Source of the DNA: Lentisphaerae bacterium GWF2_57_35
GTDB taxonomy: Bacteria; Verrucomicrobiota; Kiritimatiellia; CAIQIC01; GWF2-57-35
Assembly (NCBI GenBank): GCA_001804865.1
Contig: MHBK01000019.1
Span: 40,617 to 104,616, forward strand
Reading direction: 5' to 3'
Length of the DNA stretch: 64,000 bases
Made by a program: the position numbers and the translations under genes. This document shows, one piece after another, positions 19,234 to 29,746 of this stretch. The notes beneath the pieces were generated by a model that saw only the letters and a program-made list of their open reading frames with translations, had not been told where the DNA came from and searched no databases. The number at the start of each line of letters is the position of its first letter. Position 1 is the first letter of the stretch.

Positions 19234-21000
19234 ATGATGCAATCCAACTTCACGGCCGGGTTCGTTGTCCTCTTGATGGCCCTAACGACCAACGGCGAAG
19301 ATTTGCTGCCAGCCCATACGATGACGAATTTGCAGCTCCGAACCAGCGGGCGCGACGCTTTGGCCAGCATCCAAACGGTTCCCGCTTCCCATGCGCACTT
19401 CGACCATGCGGCGCGGATATCCGTGGCCCGGCGTCCGCGTTATCCGTGGGAACTGACGTTGACCCTGCCCAGCCACGCCGCCATGCAGCCGGGAGACGTG
19501 GGACGGCTAACATTTTATGTCCGTTGCGCCGCTCTTTCGTCCAACACCTCCTCCGCCCGCTTGGATGTGCGAGTCACTACGAAGGAAGAAAGCGAACGAG
19601 ACCTCGCCGCCCTGCCTGTGTGGGCAAGCGAGAAATGGCAGCAGATGATCCTGCCGTTCAAGCTCAGGACGGCTTCCGGCACTCCTGACGTCACGTTCAA
19701 TCTCGGTTACGCCCAGCAAACGATCGAACTCGGCGGCGTGCAGTTGCTGAATTATGGCGCCAAGGACGCTCCCACCCCCCTGCCCTTCACGCCCATTTCG
19801 TATGAAGGCCGCGAGCCCACAGCTGCCTGGCGCAAGCAAGCTCAAGCCCGGATCGACACGCATCGCAAGGCCGATTTGATCGTCCAGGTCACCGACTCGC
19901 TCCATCGGCCGATCACCGGCGCGGTCGTGACCGCCCGCATGACGCGGCACGCCTTTCGTTTCGGCGCCGCGGTCACCGCCTATCACCTCAACCTCGACAC
20001 CCCGGAAGGCCAATGGTACCGGCAGATCGTAATGTCCAACTACAACGCCGCCGTCTTTGAAAACGACATGAAATCCGGCCCCTGGCACATGGGCTTGAGC
20101 AACGATCGGCCCGACTTCCGCAGAACCTGGCTTAAGCAAGCCATGGATTGGCTCGATGCGCAGCAAATCCACCTTCGCGGTCATCATCTCGTGAACGCCC
20201 GTTTCACCCCCGCCGATTACGAATTCTTCCGCCGCAACCCCAACCAACTCCGAAATGAAATCTTCGCAGGCATGGAAGAAAAGCTCGCGGCCCTGCAGGG
20301 CCGGGTTCACGAATGGGACGCCATCAGCCATGTGGCCGTCCTGGAAAACTCGCTGGAATTCATTTTCAACGGACCCGAAATCTACGCGGACCTCTTTCGC
20401 AAAGCCCGAGAACTGGAGCCTGACGCCGACTTATGGATCAACGAAGGAACCATCCTCCCCGGCGGTCTGCGGCGCGACCACTACGAAAACATAGCCCGCT
20501 ATCTGATCGACCAGAACGCCGCCCTCGACGGCATTGGCATGATGGCCCACTTCAGTTCGCTCTTCCTTGAAGCGCCCACAAACCTCTATGTCACCCTGGA
20601 CCGCTTCGCTCACCTCATCCCCAGGCTTCAATTAACCGAGTTGGATGTCCGGATGAACGAAGACGAACAACTCCAAGCCGACTACCTGCGCGATGTGATG
20701 ATTACCGCCTTCAGCCATCCCGCGGTCGAAGGCATCTACATCTGGGGCTTCTGGGAAGGCCGCCAGCCCCATCCCGAAGCCGCACTCTACCGACTGGATG
20801 GAACTCCCAAAAAATCCGCTGCCGCCTGGCGCGACCTCGTTTTCCGCGATTGGTGGACGCAGGAATCCGTCCTCACCGATTCCAATGGCGTCGCCAGAAT
20901 CCGCGGCTACCTTGGCCGCTACGAAATCATTTGCGACTCCCTGCTAACCAATATGGTCCTTCAAGCGCCGGCCACAGAGATCCACCTCACCGTTCGTTGA
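19234..21000 (+). CDS. GH10 glycoside hydrolase with N-terminal CBM-like domain
   Basis: VFENDMK, LRGHHL, WINE, DGIGMMAH, LTELD, WGFWEG; ATG 19234 precedes a signal-like segment. Confidence 0.82.
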   Translation: MMQSNFTAGFVVLLMALTTNGEDLLPAHTMTNLQLRTSGRDALASIQTVPASHAHFDHAARISVARRPRYPWELTLTLPSHAAMQPGDVGRLTFYVRCAALSSNTSSARLDVRVTTKEESERDLAALPVWASEKWQQMILPFKLRTASGTPDVTFNLGYAQQTIELGGVQLLNYGAKDAPTPLPFTPISYEGREPTAAWRKQAQARIDTHRKADLIVQVTDSLHRPITGAVVTARMTRHAFRFGAAVTAYHLNLDTPEGQWYRQIVMSNYNAAVFENDMKSGPWHMGLSNDRPDFRRTWLKQAMDWLDAQQIHLRGHHLVNARFTPADYEFFRRNPNQLRNEIFAGMEEKLAALQGRVHEWDAISHVAVLENSLEFIFNGPEIYADLFRKARELEPDADLWINEGTILPGGLRRDHYENIARYLIDQNAALDGIGMMAHFSSLFLEAPTNLYVTLDRFAHLIPRLQLTELDVRMNEDEQLQADYLRDVMITAFSHPAVEGIYIWGFWEGRQPHPEAALYRLDGTPKKSAAAWRDLVFRDWWTQESVLTDSNGVARIRGYLGRYEIICDSLLTNMVLQAPATEIHLTVR

Positions 21001-21201
21001 CCACTTGACAAGACAAGAGAAGCCCCACAGATGAATGGAAAGTCTATTTCGGCAGGCGGGCCGCTTTGGGTCGCGTCGGCTTTGCAAACTCAAACCAAGA
21101 AAGTTGGCAGCGAATAGGATAAGCAACGCATGAAAGACGCGGATGGAACGGCTCTTTATTCGTTGCCCAATCCAAAAAGATCTCAAAGATTTTGGCTCTA
21201 A

Positions 21202-23055
21202 TCACGGCGGCGTCTGAAAATCGATGCCGTTGTGCGACACCCAGATGGTGTAGTAGCAGGGCTGATTCGGGGTCAGGCCGGTATGTTCGAAAACCTGATT
21301 GGTTCCGGTGTAGATGGATGTCCCGTCGGTCAGGTTGGTTGGATAGCGAGTGGGATGATAGCGAACGGTCGCAGCCTGATTGATCAGACCGGATTTCTTC
21401 GGGCTTTCCCAGCGGAGGACGATGTTATTCGTCAGCGCCACGGCTCTGAACCAAAAGGCCGCAGCCTTGAACGGAATCAGCCCGGCATCCCAGCATGAAT
21501 CACATTTATTGGGCGGCAAGGCAATGAGAGGCGTGCGGCAGGCATTAGTCGGAACGTCGCTGTCCAGACTGCGAACGGCGCCCTGCTGGAATTTCGAAAA
21601 CAGATATCCGGCGGGCGGGAAAAACTCGATGATGTAGTCGCCCGGCGCCAGGTTGTGGAACAAGTAGCAGCCCGAGGAATCTGTCGTCACGCGCTCCAGC
21701 AAATTGCTCTGGCCGTCATAAAGCTGTACGACGATATTCGAAGCGCCGGGCTCGGCGGCATTCTGTAGACCATTGCTGTTCGAGTCATACCACACCCGGT
21801 CGCCTAGCGTGTTGGGCGCCGGCAGAAGACTGAACCGCAGCACGTTGGTGGCAGCCGAGGTATCGGCATACTGGAAAAGCGGATTTAAATAACCGTTCTT
21901 CCGTAGCGCCACCAGGTGCGAAACGGCATAATGCAAAGAACCCGAAAATGGCGTAGGGTCCAGATGGGTCAATGCATTATCCGTCAAATTGGTTCGGATA
22001 AAGCCATCGACCCAGTTGCTGGCGCCGGTAGGCACGCTTTTCACCGTTGCACTCAATCCATTCCCGCCGGACGAGGCCGTCAGGTTGAGTTGCAGGGGAT
22101 AAACCTCGTCCTGCTCGACAAAAACTCGAATGGGCCTGGGCTGCAGATAACCCGTGCGCCGAAGGAAAACGGTGTGCCACCCCTGGAACAAATTGGTTAC
22201 CGTGACCGGCGTGCTTCCCACCGACGCATCCATTCGATCCACAAAGACCTCCGCTCCCGCTGGAGTGGACTGCACTTGAATGGCGCCCACGTTCGTGTGC
22301 AGCAGATAAAAGAAGTCGTGGCAGTAGTAGTCACGGCAAATACCGGCAATGAACGAATCCATGCAAAGGTCGGGCACATTAAAATCATCGCAAGCCCATG
22401 CCACGAAATAATCGTCGCAAGCGGCGAAGGTAAAATAGTCCCAACACGTTTCCGCCTCCAACCCCGGCACTTTTTGGGGAGGAGGAAGCGGATAACCGGG
22501 CGCATAGACACTAATCATATGACTGCCCCGATTCAGCCACATGGCGTTTGTCACGCTCTGCGCATCACGAGGCGCCGCTTCACCGATGTTTATGATGGCC
22601 GGCGTTCGACTGGTGGTCGCCTGGTAATCGACATAGATCAACGCATTGGTCGGGTCTGAATACACTCGGACAAAAGCCGGCGCCTGGCCTTTGGCCAAAT
22701 CGAAATCGCATCGATTGGTCGCGGGCCGATTCTGCACGTTAAAGGGCTGCGAACTTTCCTGAATATTCGCATCGTAATACCATTCGTCGGCATAATTCGT
22801 GGCTTCCACCTTGATGTAATATGCTGACGAATCGATGTGGGGAAACAGGTAAAGACCCGCCGCATCACTGTTGGTGGCCGTATGAATGGAACGATCCAAA
22901 TGGAACAGGATCACCTGTGCATTAGGAATTCCTGCCGGGCCATTTCGCACATAACCATACAGCGAGGCGTCCGGAAAGGCGATGGACGCCCAAGCAAAGC
23001 TCCACAGGAAAATCAGAGAGCTACTCCACCGTGCATATTCTGGCGTGCTTTTCAT
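21202..23055 (-). CDS. Secreted PEGA / SdrD-B-like domain protein
   Basis: Signal peptide; V.S.P.GA.V.VD PEGA repeats; LGDRVWYDSNSNGLQ...TTDSSGCYLF.NL.PG.Y. Confidence 0.8.
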   Translation of the reverse strand: MKSTPEYARWSSSLIFLWSFAWASIAFPDASLYGYVRNGPAGIPNAQVILFHLDRSIHTATNSDAAGLYLFPHIDSSAYYIKVEATNYADEWYYDANIQESSQPFNVQNRPATNRCDFDLAKGQAPAFVRVYSDPTNALIYVDYQATTSRTPAIINIGEAAPRDAQSVTNAMWLNRGSHMISVYAPGYPLPPPQKVPGLEAETCWDYFTFAACDDYFVAWACDDFNVPDLCMDSFIAGICRDYYCHDFFYLLHTNVGAIQVQSTPAGAEVFVDRMDASVGSTPVTVTNLFQGWHTVFLRRTGYLQPRPIRVFVEQDEVYPLQLNLTASSGGNGLSATVKSVPTGASNWVDGFIRTNLTDNALTHLDPTPFSGSLHYAVSHLVALRKNGYLNPLFQYADTSAATNVLRFSLLPAPNTLGDRVWYDSNSNGLQNAAEPGASNIVVQLYDGQSNLLERVTTDSSGCYLFHNLAPGDYIIEFFPPAGYLFSKFQQGAVRSLDSDVPTNACRTPLIALPPNKCDSCWDAGLIPFKAAAFWFRAVALTNNIVLRWESPKKSGLINQAATVRYHPTRYPTNLTDGTSIYTGTNQVFEHTGLTPNQPCYYTIWVSHNGIDFQTPP

Positions 23056-23204
23056 AATATGCAGACCATGTAGCTATCTATACCCCACCCCTTGCCCGGA
23101 AGAAAGAACATTTTATTGCAACCAGATAAACAACAGATTCTTGCACATAGAGCCATCCGCCGTTCGCAGGAGCCGCAACCCTTTGCGGCGATCATCGGAG
23201 ACGC

Positions 23205-24584
23205 TCAAGCCCCGCCCACTTCCCCAAACGGCTGGAAACTGACATGCGGCGGTATGTTTTCGCCGGTGATCGCCCATTCGCCTTTTACGCGAATGTATCC
23301 AAGTCCAACGCCCTTCGGCGCCAACTCGGGCAGCGGGGCAACATCGAAAACCAATAGATCGTTCGAGACCGCGATTTTTTCGCCGGTGGCCAAGTCCCCC
23401 ATCCCACAACCCAACAAGTACGTGCCCGGTTGCACGGGCAACTGTGGAATCGTAAAATGAATCGTATAATGGCCGGGCGGCAATTCGTTTTCGAGCACCG
23501 ATCTGGAAAAGAGAATGCGATCCCTGAAGACGAAGGCGGAGAGCCAGAGACTGATGAGCAGTTGCTTGATCGGCGCGGTCGTTTCGATGGCGATGCGAAA
23601 CGTGATTTCAGACCCGTAGTCAAACTGATTAAGGACTTCGCCCTGCCGGGTTGCCGCGGAAGCCGTTTTAAAGAAAACCCGTCCGTCGCAGATTTCATGA
23701 GGGACCAATCCCTGCGTCGCCAGATCATGCCCGGCACGTTGCACGACTCTCCGTCCGGTCTCGCGCAAATACGCGCTGACGACCTCGTCGCTGCTTCCAT
23801 CCTGAAGCAGCCGGCCTTTCTCCAGCCAAAGCGTACGATCGCAGATGGCGCTCAACAGATTCAGGTCATGCGAAACGAAAAGCAACGTCTGAGCCGGCTG
23901 CAACTTTTGCTGCAAGCGTTGAAGGCATTTATTTCGAAAGCCCACGTCTCCTACCGCCAGCACCTCATCGATCAAAAGGACCTCGACGCCGGCATTCACC
24001 GCAATGGAAAAGCCCAGGCGGGCCAGCATGCCTTGGGAATAGCTGTATAACGGCGCGTCGAGGAACTCGTGCAAGTCGGCAAAGCTGATGATGTCATCGA
24101 GCCTGGCGCGGATATCGTCATGGCTCATCCCCAGGATGGCGCCATTGATGAACACGTTTTGCCGTCCCGTCAACTGAGGATGAAAACCCACGCCGAGAGA
24201 GATCATGGCCCCTATCCGGCAGGGCGACACGATTTCCCCTTCATCCAGCGGCAGGATGTCGGCAATCAAACGCAGCAACGTGCTCTTGCCGCTGCCGTTG
24301 TCGCCGATAATTCCGATCATCTCTCCGCGGCGCACGTCGAAATGAATGTCCTTGAGCGCCCAGAATTCGCTCTTGCGCAGTTCCGTGGTCTTGCAGTCAA
24401 AGCCCAGGACGCTCCACGCAAGGTCCCGGAAGCCATACCGCATGCGTCGCCGCGTATGACTGCATAGCTTTTTCGACACATGCCGAACGGACAACGCCAG
24501 GTCGCCGGCAGCAGAAGACCCCAAGGACTCCTTTGCGTCGATCGGCAAAGGCTTACACGGATTTATCGTATGCGTGGCCGTCAT
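23205..24584 (-). CDS. wzt: Polysaccharide ABC transporter ATP-binding protein with C-terminal Wzt_C domain
   Basis: GDNGSGKST, YSQGM.ARLGF, IDEVLAVGD, FVSHD. Confidence 0.88.
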   Translation of the reverse strand: MTATHTINPCKPLPIDAKESLGSSAAGDLALSVRHVSKKLCSHTRRRMRYGFRDLAWSVLGFDCKTTELRKSEFWALKDIHFDVRRGEMIGIIGDNGSGKSTLLRLIADILPLDEGEIVSPCRIGAMISLGVGFHPQLTGRQNVFINGAILGMSHDDIRARLDDIISFADLHEFLDAPLYSYSQGMLARLGFSIAVNAGVEVLLIDEVLAVGDVGFRNKCLQRLQQKLQPAQTLLFVSHDLNLLSAICDRTLWLEKGRLLQDGSSDEVVSAYLRETGRRVVQRAGHDLATQGLVPHEICDGRVFFKTASAATRQGEVLNQFDYGSEITFRIAIETTAPIKQLLISLWLSAFVFRDRILFSRSVLENELPPGHYTIHFTIPQLPVQPGTYLLGCGMGDLATGEKIAVSNDLLVFDVAPLPELAPKGVGLGYIRVKGEWAITGENIPPHVSFQPFGEVGGA

Positions 24585-25426
24585 CAGGAAACCATTCTTT
24601 CAATGACGCGTTTTTCTGAAACAAAAAATATTTTCAAGGCGATCAGGAACAGCACGACCGCCAGCATGGCGCTCAAAGCATAGCCGACGGTATCGTACAA
24701 TCTTCCATAAATGACCAAATCCCGGCAGGAACACACCAGATACGTCAGGGGATTCCATTGGTTGATTGTTTGAGCCAGCGGGCTTTGAACGGCCGGAGCG
24801 TAAACCACCGGGATCGAAAGCATCAGGATGCGCAGAATAAAATTCATGAACGGCGCCACATCCAAGGCCATCACGGCCGACAAAGACAGCACCAGTCCGA
24901 TCGCCGCGCCGAAGCAGAACAAGGGCAACGCCGCCAAAGGCAGGAAAACGATCTTCCAACTTGGAATTACTCCGAACATAAGTAAAACCAAAAGCGCCAT
25001 GGCCAATTGGATCGTGAAGGTAAACAGGTAGTGAAGGGTCTGTTTAAGCAAATATGCTTCGTGCGGGAAATTGACCTGCATAAGCATCCCTCCGGCGGAT
25101 TTTAACGTCGACACTCCGGCGTTATAAAAGGCGACAAACATTCCCCACATCGTCAACCCGATGTAGATATACGCCGGGTACGGAATAGGCGTATCGCCCG
25201 GCTTCAGAATGCCTGTCTTCTGAAGGTAGAGCCAAAAACAAACCTCCAGGATCGGAGAAATCAGGATCCAAGCGGATCCCAGAAAGTAGTTTTTATACTG
25301 ACCAAAGAGATCGCGTTTGCCCAATTCCCAGATCAATCCGCGGCTGGCCCAGATATTCCGGCTCATGATGCGCAGAATCTTCCACGCGCTTAAATGACGT
25401 CGCTGATGAGATCGGTATGTCGTCAT
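24584..25426 (-). CDS. wzm: Polysaccharide ABC transporter permease
   Basis: YK..FLG.AW....P, VNFP, NPL; six TM segments; coupled to wzt. Confidence 0.85.
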   Translation of the reverse strand: MTTYRSHQRRHLSAWKILRIMSRNIWASRGLIWELGKRDLFGQYKNYFLGSAWILISPILEVCFWLYLQKTGILKPGDTPIPYPAYIYIGLTMWGMFVAFYNAGVSTLKSAGGMLMQVNFPHEAYLLKQTLHYLFTFTIQLAMALLVLLMFGVIPSWKIVFLPLAALPLFCFGAAIGLVLSLSAVMALDVAPFMNFILRILMLSIPVVYAPAVQSPLAQTINQWNPLTYLVCSCRDLVIYGRLYDTVGYALSAMLAVVLFLIALKIFFVSEKRVIERMVS

Positions 25427-25510
25427 AACTTAACGTTAGGGAACGATTAATCGTAAACAGGCAGTAAGAATGCAAAGGCATGAGGAACATGTCCAGTCCA
25501 TTCGCTACAG

Positions 25511-25546
25511 GCCCGCATTTCCCGCCGAGCGGCGGGAAATGCGGGC
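25511..25546. repeat. Palindrome GCCCGCATTTCCCGCC-GAGC-GGCGGGAAATGCGGGC
   Basis: 16-bp perfect arms; same family as 16140-16169. Confidence 0.75.
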
Positions 25547-25762
25547 TAAAATAAGCGCTGGCTATTAGCGGCCGCAGGACGCCACGGGAAAGTCCTGCTA
25601 TATTTCGGAATCGCCCCGCAAGCGGGCCATACTGCTTCCATCGTATTGCCAGCCCCATCCGCTGACGATGGATACCGTTCCCCAAGTTTTCCACTGCGCC
25701 GGCGCGGTCGTTTGCTCGCCCGCCGCCGGCCAATGGCATTTGCCATGAAAAGAACTCAACGA

Positions 25763-26341
25763 CTATTTCCTTTTTACACGAAAAAATTGAACTCCGGCTG
25801 TGGATCGCAAACCCGCGTCGCTCGTCCGATCGTTCCGGTCGGACAGTCTGCCCAGGTTTGCCAATTCGTTCCCATCGCAGGAGGCGTAAGAATCGACTTG
25901 AACGAGCGCCAGCGCCTGGCCAGGCCTGGCGGCGAGGCTGCTCAAGGAAACGCCGGGCCAATAGTTGGAGTCGATGTTGATGCCCTTATCGGCCGCAAAC
26001 CGCACTGCGGCGCCGCGGGCCAGCGCATTGGACATCGCCGCCAGGATGGGCCCGGCGGCTCCGGCTGAAGCGGAATTGCCTGAAAAAGTGTAGGTGGCCA
26101 GAGAAGCTTCGTCCCCGCTTTGCAGTTGATTAATCCGGGCCAGCAAGGCATTGCGAAGATCGTATTCGCCCTTCGCCGCCGCCGACGAATTCTGATCGGG
26201 CAAATTGAAATGAACCACCCAATCGGTTCCGGTAATGGAATCGCCCAGACTCGATGCGATCGGCATTAAGCCGTGCAGAATTCCTATTGCTCCCATCAAC
26301 CATCGCCCCCTGCCTACGGATATTATTCGGCGGGACAACAT
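25763..26341 (-). pseudogene. Internally deleted secreted phospholipase D-like gene
   Basis: Signal peptide then LLARINQ...LATYTF...ILAAMSNALARGAAVRF (PLD-like N-terminus) but no HKD motif; tail resembles a frameshifted terminal domain ending FFRVKRK. Confidence 0.55.
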
Positions 26342-26466
26342 GACAGGTCCATTAATTACCTCTATTTCGAAAAACTGTGTAGACGTCCAATATCGACCTT
26401 GACCCCCCGGGAGCAGGCGCTAGAGTCGTGCTGTTTTCCAGATGAAACGATGAGCAAAAGGACACG

Positions 26467-28881
26467 GTGAGCACGTTATCTCGGTCAGCCTGTTGGATGT
26501 TGTTAGGGCTTTTGCACCTGCAACCGATCGGCTCGTTCGGCTCGGAACCCTCCCGACTGATCGAGCGGTTTCTTTTCGCCTCCAGCTCGGAGGCCCGGCA
26601 AGCCTGGCAGGCCCGGATGAAATCGCCACTGGTCTCCTCTTCGCCCGACGGACTGGTGCTCCCCATTCCGTTTGACGGAACACTCGACCGCGTCTGCTGG
26701 GATCGGGATTTGTCGTTGAACCTGGCCGCCTTCTCCAGCTTCGAACTCTCGCTCACGTGCGACCGGCCGGAAGCCCTGCGTTCGCTGTCGATCTATTTCA
26801 AAAGCGGCAACGGCTGGTATATCTGGAACAAACCGCTCAAAAAAGCAGGCCGCCAGACGCTGTCCCTGTTAAAAGGCGATTTCGAAACGGAGGACCAACC
26901 CGCCGGCTGGGACCGCATCGACGGCATCCGCATCTCCCCCTGGAAAGGGCAAGCCGTCGATACGCGCATGATCCTTCACTCTCTTTTCGCCCGCCGCGAT
27001 TCGCTGCTGCTCGTGCGAGGAACCGCCTCCACCCGCGATGCCGCCGCACGCGGCGTGGCCGACAAGGTCACCCAGCGCATCAGCTCCTGGCTGGGAGACA
27101 TGGGCGTGGCCCACGGCATCGTCACGGACGACGCCGTGGCCGCCGGCGCGTTGAAAGGCGCATCGCTCGCCATTCTTCCTTACAACCCCTACCCCACCGA
27201 CGCCGAACTCAAGGCGCTGCAAAGCTTCCTCCAACAAGGAGGCCGTCTGATGGTCTTCTACGGCGCCGAGCCCCGCCTGGCCAAAATGATGCACATGAAA
27301 TTGGGCGCCTATCAAAAAGCCGAGAAACCCGGCCGCTGGGCCTCGTTCGCGTTTCCCCAGGCCCGGCGTTGGGGCGTGCCCGACCGGATTTTCCAAGACT
27401 CGCCGAATGTATTCACGATTCATCCGGACGACGATTCCGCCGAAGTCATCGCCTGGTGGGAAGATATAGGCGGGCGGCGGCTTAACGACCCGGCCTGGGT
27501 CGCCTCGCCCCAGGGACTCTGGATGTCGCACATCCTGATGAACGACGACATGCAGAACAAACGAGACCTGCTCGTCGGCCTCGTCGGCCAGTTCATGCCG
27601 GCGGTCTGGCAGGCCTCCGCGCAGCGCTGCATCGAATATGCCGGGCGCATCGACTCGTTCCGCAGTCTCGCGGATGCGTTCGACCAGTTGTCCAAAGCGG
27701 CGGGAACCGCCCAAAACCCCCAACGCATCGAAGCCTTGCTCGAGCAAGCCCGTACCGCCTATTTCGACATGAAAGCATCCTACAACCGGGGCGAATACGC
27801 CCAGGTGCTCAACCAAAGCCGGCAGTTGCGGAATCTTCTGATTGAAGCCTACGGATCGGTTCAACAACCCAAGGCCCGTGAATTCCGGGGCGTCTGGGAT
27901 CATGACGGCGTCGGCTGGTTCCCCGGCGATTGGGACAAGACCTGCCGCCTTCTTTCCGAAAACGGCATCACCGCCATCTTCCCCAACATGCTCTGGGGCG
28001 GCATGGCGCACCTGCCCAACACCCCTCTTCCCGTCACCGCCACGGCCAAAATCTACGGCGATCAACTCGCCCAATGCGTCAAAGCCGCCCGCCGCTACGG
28101 CTTGGAAGTCCACGTCTGGATGGTTTGCTGGCGGCTGGACGGAGCCCCAGCCGAGTTGGTCGAACGCATGCGAAAACAAGGCCGCCTGCAAGTCAATGCC
28201 GCCGGCAAGACCGTACCCTGGCTATGCCCGTCGCATCCGCAGAACGTCCAACTGGCCATCGACACCTTGAAAGACGTCGCCGAGCGCTACGACATCGACG
28301 GCATCCATCTGGATTACGTGCGCTATTCGGATTCGAGCCTGTGCTTCTCTCCCGTTTCCCACAAGGCCTTTGAAGCCTACCTCGGCAAGGAAGTCGCTCC
28401 CTGGCCGGGCGCCGCCCGCCCCGGCGGCCGCTACGAAAAGGAATTCAAGCGCTGGCGAGCCGGACAGATTACCGCCTTCGTCCGGCAGGCGCGCGACGCC
28501 GTCAAAGCGGTGAAGCCCAAGATTCAAGTTTCGGCCGCCGTATTTGGCTCCTACCCCGATTGCAAGAACAGCGTGGGTCAGGATTGGGGCGCCTGGCTGG
28601 AGCGCGGCTACGTCGATTTTGTCTGTCCCATGAACTACACCACCGACCTCAACGGCTTCGTCGCCCTCACCGACAAGCAAATCCGCCTGACCGGCGCCCG
28701 CGACAAAATCCTGCCGGGCATCGGCATAACCGCCGACGAAAGCCAATTGACGCCCGATCAAGCCATCGAGCAAATTCTCGCCGCCCGCCGACTCGGCGCG
28801 CCCGGCTGGATGCTTTTCGATCTTAGCGGCAGCCTCCAGCGCGAAATTCTTCCCGTCATGAAACTCGGAGTAACCCGATAA
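26467..28881 (+). CDS. Secreted GHL10/DUF187-family glycoside hydrolase
   Basis: EFRGVW, GLEVHVW, WLCPSHP, YDIDGIHLDYVRY, GQDWGAW...VDFVCPMNY. Confidence 0.88.
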   Translation: MSTLSRSACWMLLGLLHLQPIGSFGSEPSRLIERFLFASSSEARQAWQARMKSPLVSSSPDGLVLPIPFDGTLDRVCWDRDLSLNLAAFSSFELSLTCDRPEALRSLSIYFKSGNGWYIWNKPLKKAGRQTLSLLKGDFETEDQPAGWDRIDGIRISPWKGQAVDTRMILHSLFARRDSLLLVRGTASTRDAAARGVADKVTQRISSWLGDMGVAHGIVTDDAVAAGALKGASLAILPYNPYPTDAELKALQSFLQQGGRLMVFYGAEPRLAKMMHMKLGAYQKAEKPGRWASFAFPQARRWGVPDRIFQDSPNVFTIHPDDDSAEVIAWWEDIGGRRLNDPAWVASPQGLWMSHILMNDDMQNKRDLLVGLVGQFMPAVWQASAQRCIEYAGRIDSFRSLADAFDQLSKAAGTAQNPQRIEALLEQARTAYFDMKASYNRGEYAQVLNQSRQLRNLLIEAYGSVQQPKAREFRGVWDHDGVGWFPGDWDKTCRLLSENGITAIFPNMLWGGMAHLPNTPLPVTATAKIYGDQLAQCVKAARRYGLEVHVWMVCWRLDGAPAELVERMRKQGRLQVNAAGKTVPWLCPSHPQNVQLAIDTLKDVAERYDIDGIHLDYVRYSDSSLCFSPVSHKAFEAYLGKEVAPWPGAARPGGRYEKEFKRWRAGQITAFVRQARDAVKAVKPKIQVSAAVFGSYPDCKNSVGQDWGAWLERGYVDFVCPMNYTTDLNGFVALTDKQIRLTGARDKILPGIGITADESQLTPDQAIEQILAARRLGAPGWMLFDLSGSLQREILPVMKLGVTR

Positions 28882-28911
28882 CCACAAAGAACAAAGCGAA
28901 GGGGTAAACTC

Positions 28912-29703
28912 ATGCCTTGTATTCGTGGAAATGGCATAAACATCTATTATGAGGAACAGGGCGCGGGGGAACCTATCGTTTGCATGGCCGGGATGGCGGC
29001 TTCACATGATTCATGGACGCCGGCAAGGGCAGAGCTGGCCCGGCATTTCCGCGTCGTTACTTTCGATAATCGCGGCATCGGCCAGACCGATGCGCCGGAC
29101 GCACCGTATTCCATCGACCAAATGGCCGACGACACCGCGGCGTTGATAGATGCACTTGCACTTCATTCCGCCCACATCGCGGGACAATCCATGGGCAGCG
29201 GCATTGCCCAAAGCCTGGCTGTTCGTCATCCGCAAAGAGTCAGGAAGCTCATTTTGTGCAACCCGTTCACACGTATTTCTGAAACCGCCCTTTTTGTCTT
29301 TCGTACCAATGCGCATTTGCTTCGAGAAGGGGCGCCCGCGTCTTTGGCATTTGAAGTCATTCTGCCCTGGCTGTTTTCCGATGCCTTTTTCCAGGATCAA
29401 ACGAAAGTGCGGGCAACGATCGAGCTGACCCGAGCCCTGCCGCCCCAGCAAACCCTGCAGGCCTTCGAACGGCAGATCGATGCTTTGGCCGCCTTCGATT
29501 CGGAAAAGATGCTGAAGAATATTAGCGCCCCCACGCTGATTATCGCCGGCGCCCATGATCTTATGACGCCTGCGGATGCGGCGCGAGCCATGGCGCAACG
29601 CATCCCGCATGCGCGTTTCGAAACCGTCGCCGCGGGACACCTCAGCATCGTCGAATCGCCCGCCGTGGTCTCAAAGCTCATAGCCGATTTCCTGCGCGAT
29701 TGA
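28912..29703 (+). CDS. Alpha/beta hydrolase
   Basis: FDNRGIG, GQSMG nucleophile elbow, G.HD, AGH. Confidence 0.9.
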   Translation: MPCIRGNGINIYYEEQGAGEPIVCMAGMAASHDSWTPARAELARHFRVVTFDNRGIGQTDAPDAPYSIDQMADDTAALIDALALHSAHIAGQSMGSGIAQSLAVRHPQRVRKLILCNPFTRISETALFVFRTNAHLLREGAPASLAFEVILPWLFSDAFFQDQTKVRATIELTRALPPQQTLQAFERQIDALAAFDSEKMLKNISAPTLIIAGAHDLMTPADAARAMAQRIPHARFETVAAGHLSIVESPAVVSKLIADFLRD

Positions 29704-29719
29704 GTTCACAGCAAGGCCC

Positions 29720-29743
29720 GTAGCCGCCGGCGTAAGCCGGTGG
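29720..29743. repeat. REP-like GTAGCCGCCGGCGTAAGCCGGTGG
   Basis: Identical 24-mer at 43829-43852; inverted variant at 42493-42516. Confidence 0.8.
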
Positions 29744-29746
29744 GCC

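Noticed and set aside
22309-22446. Diversity-generating retroelement variable region
   Set aside because: No template repeat or reverse transcriptase seen in the window
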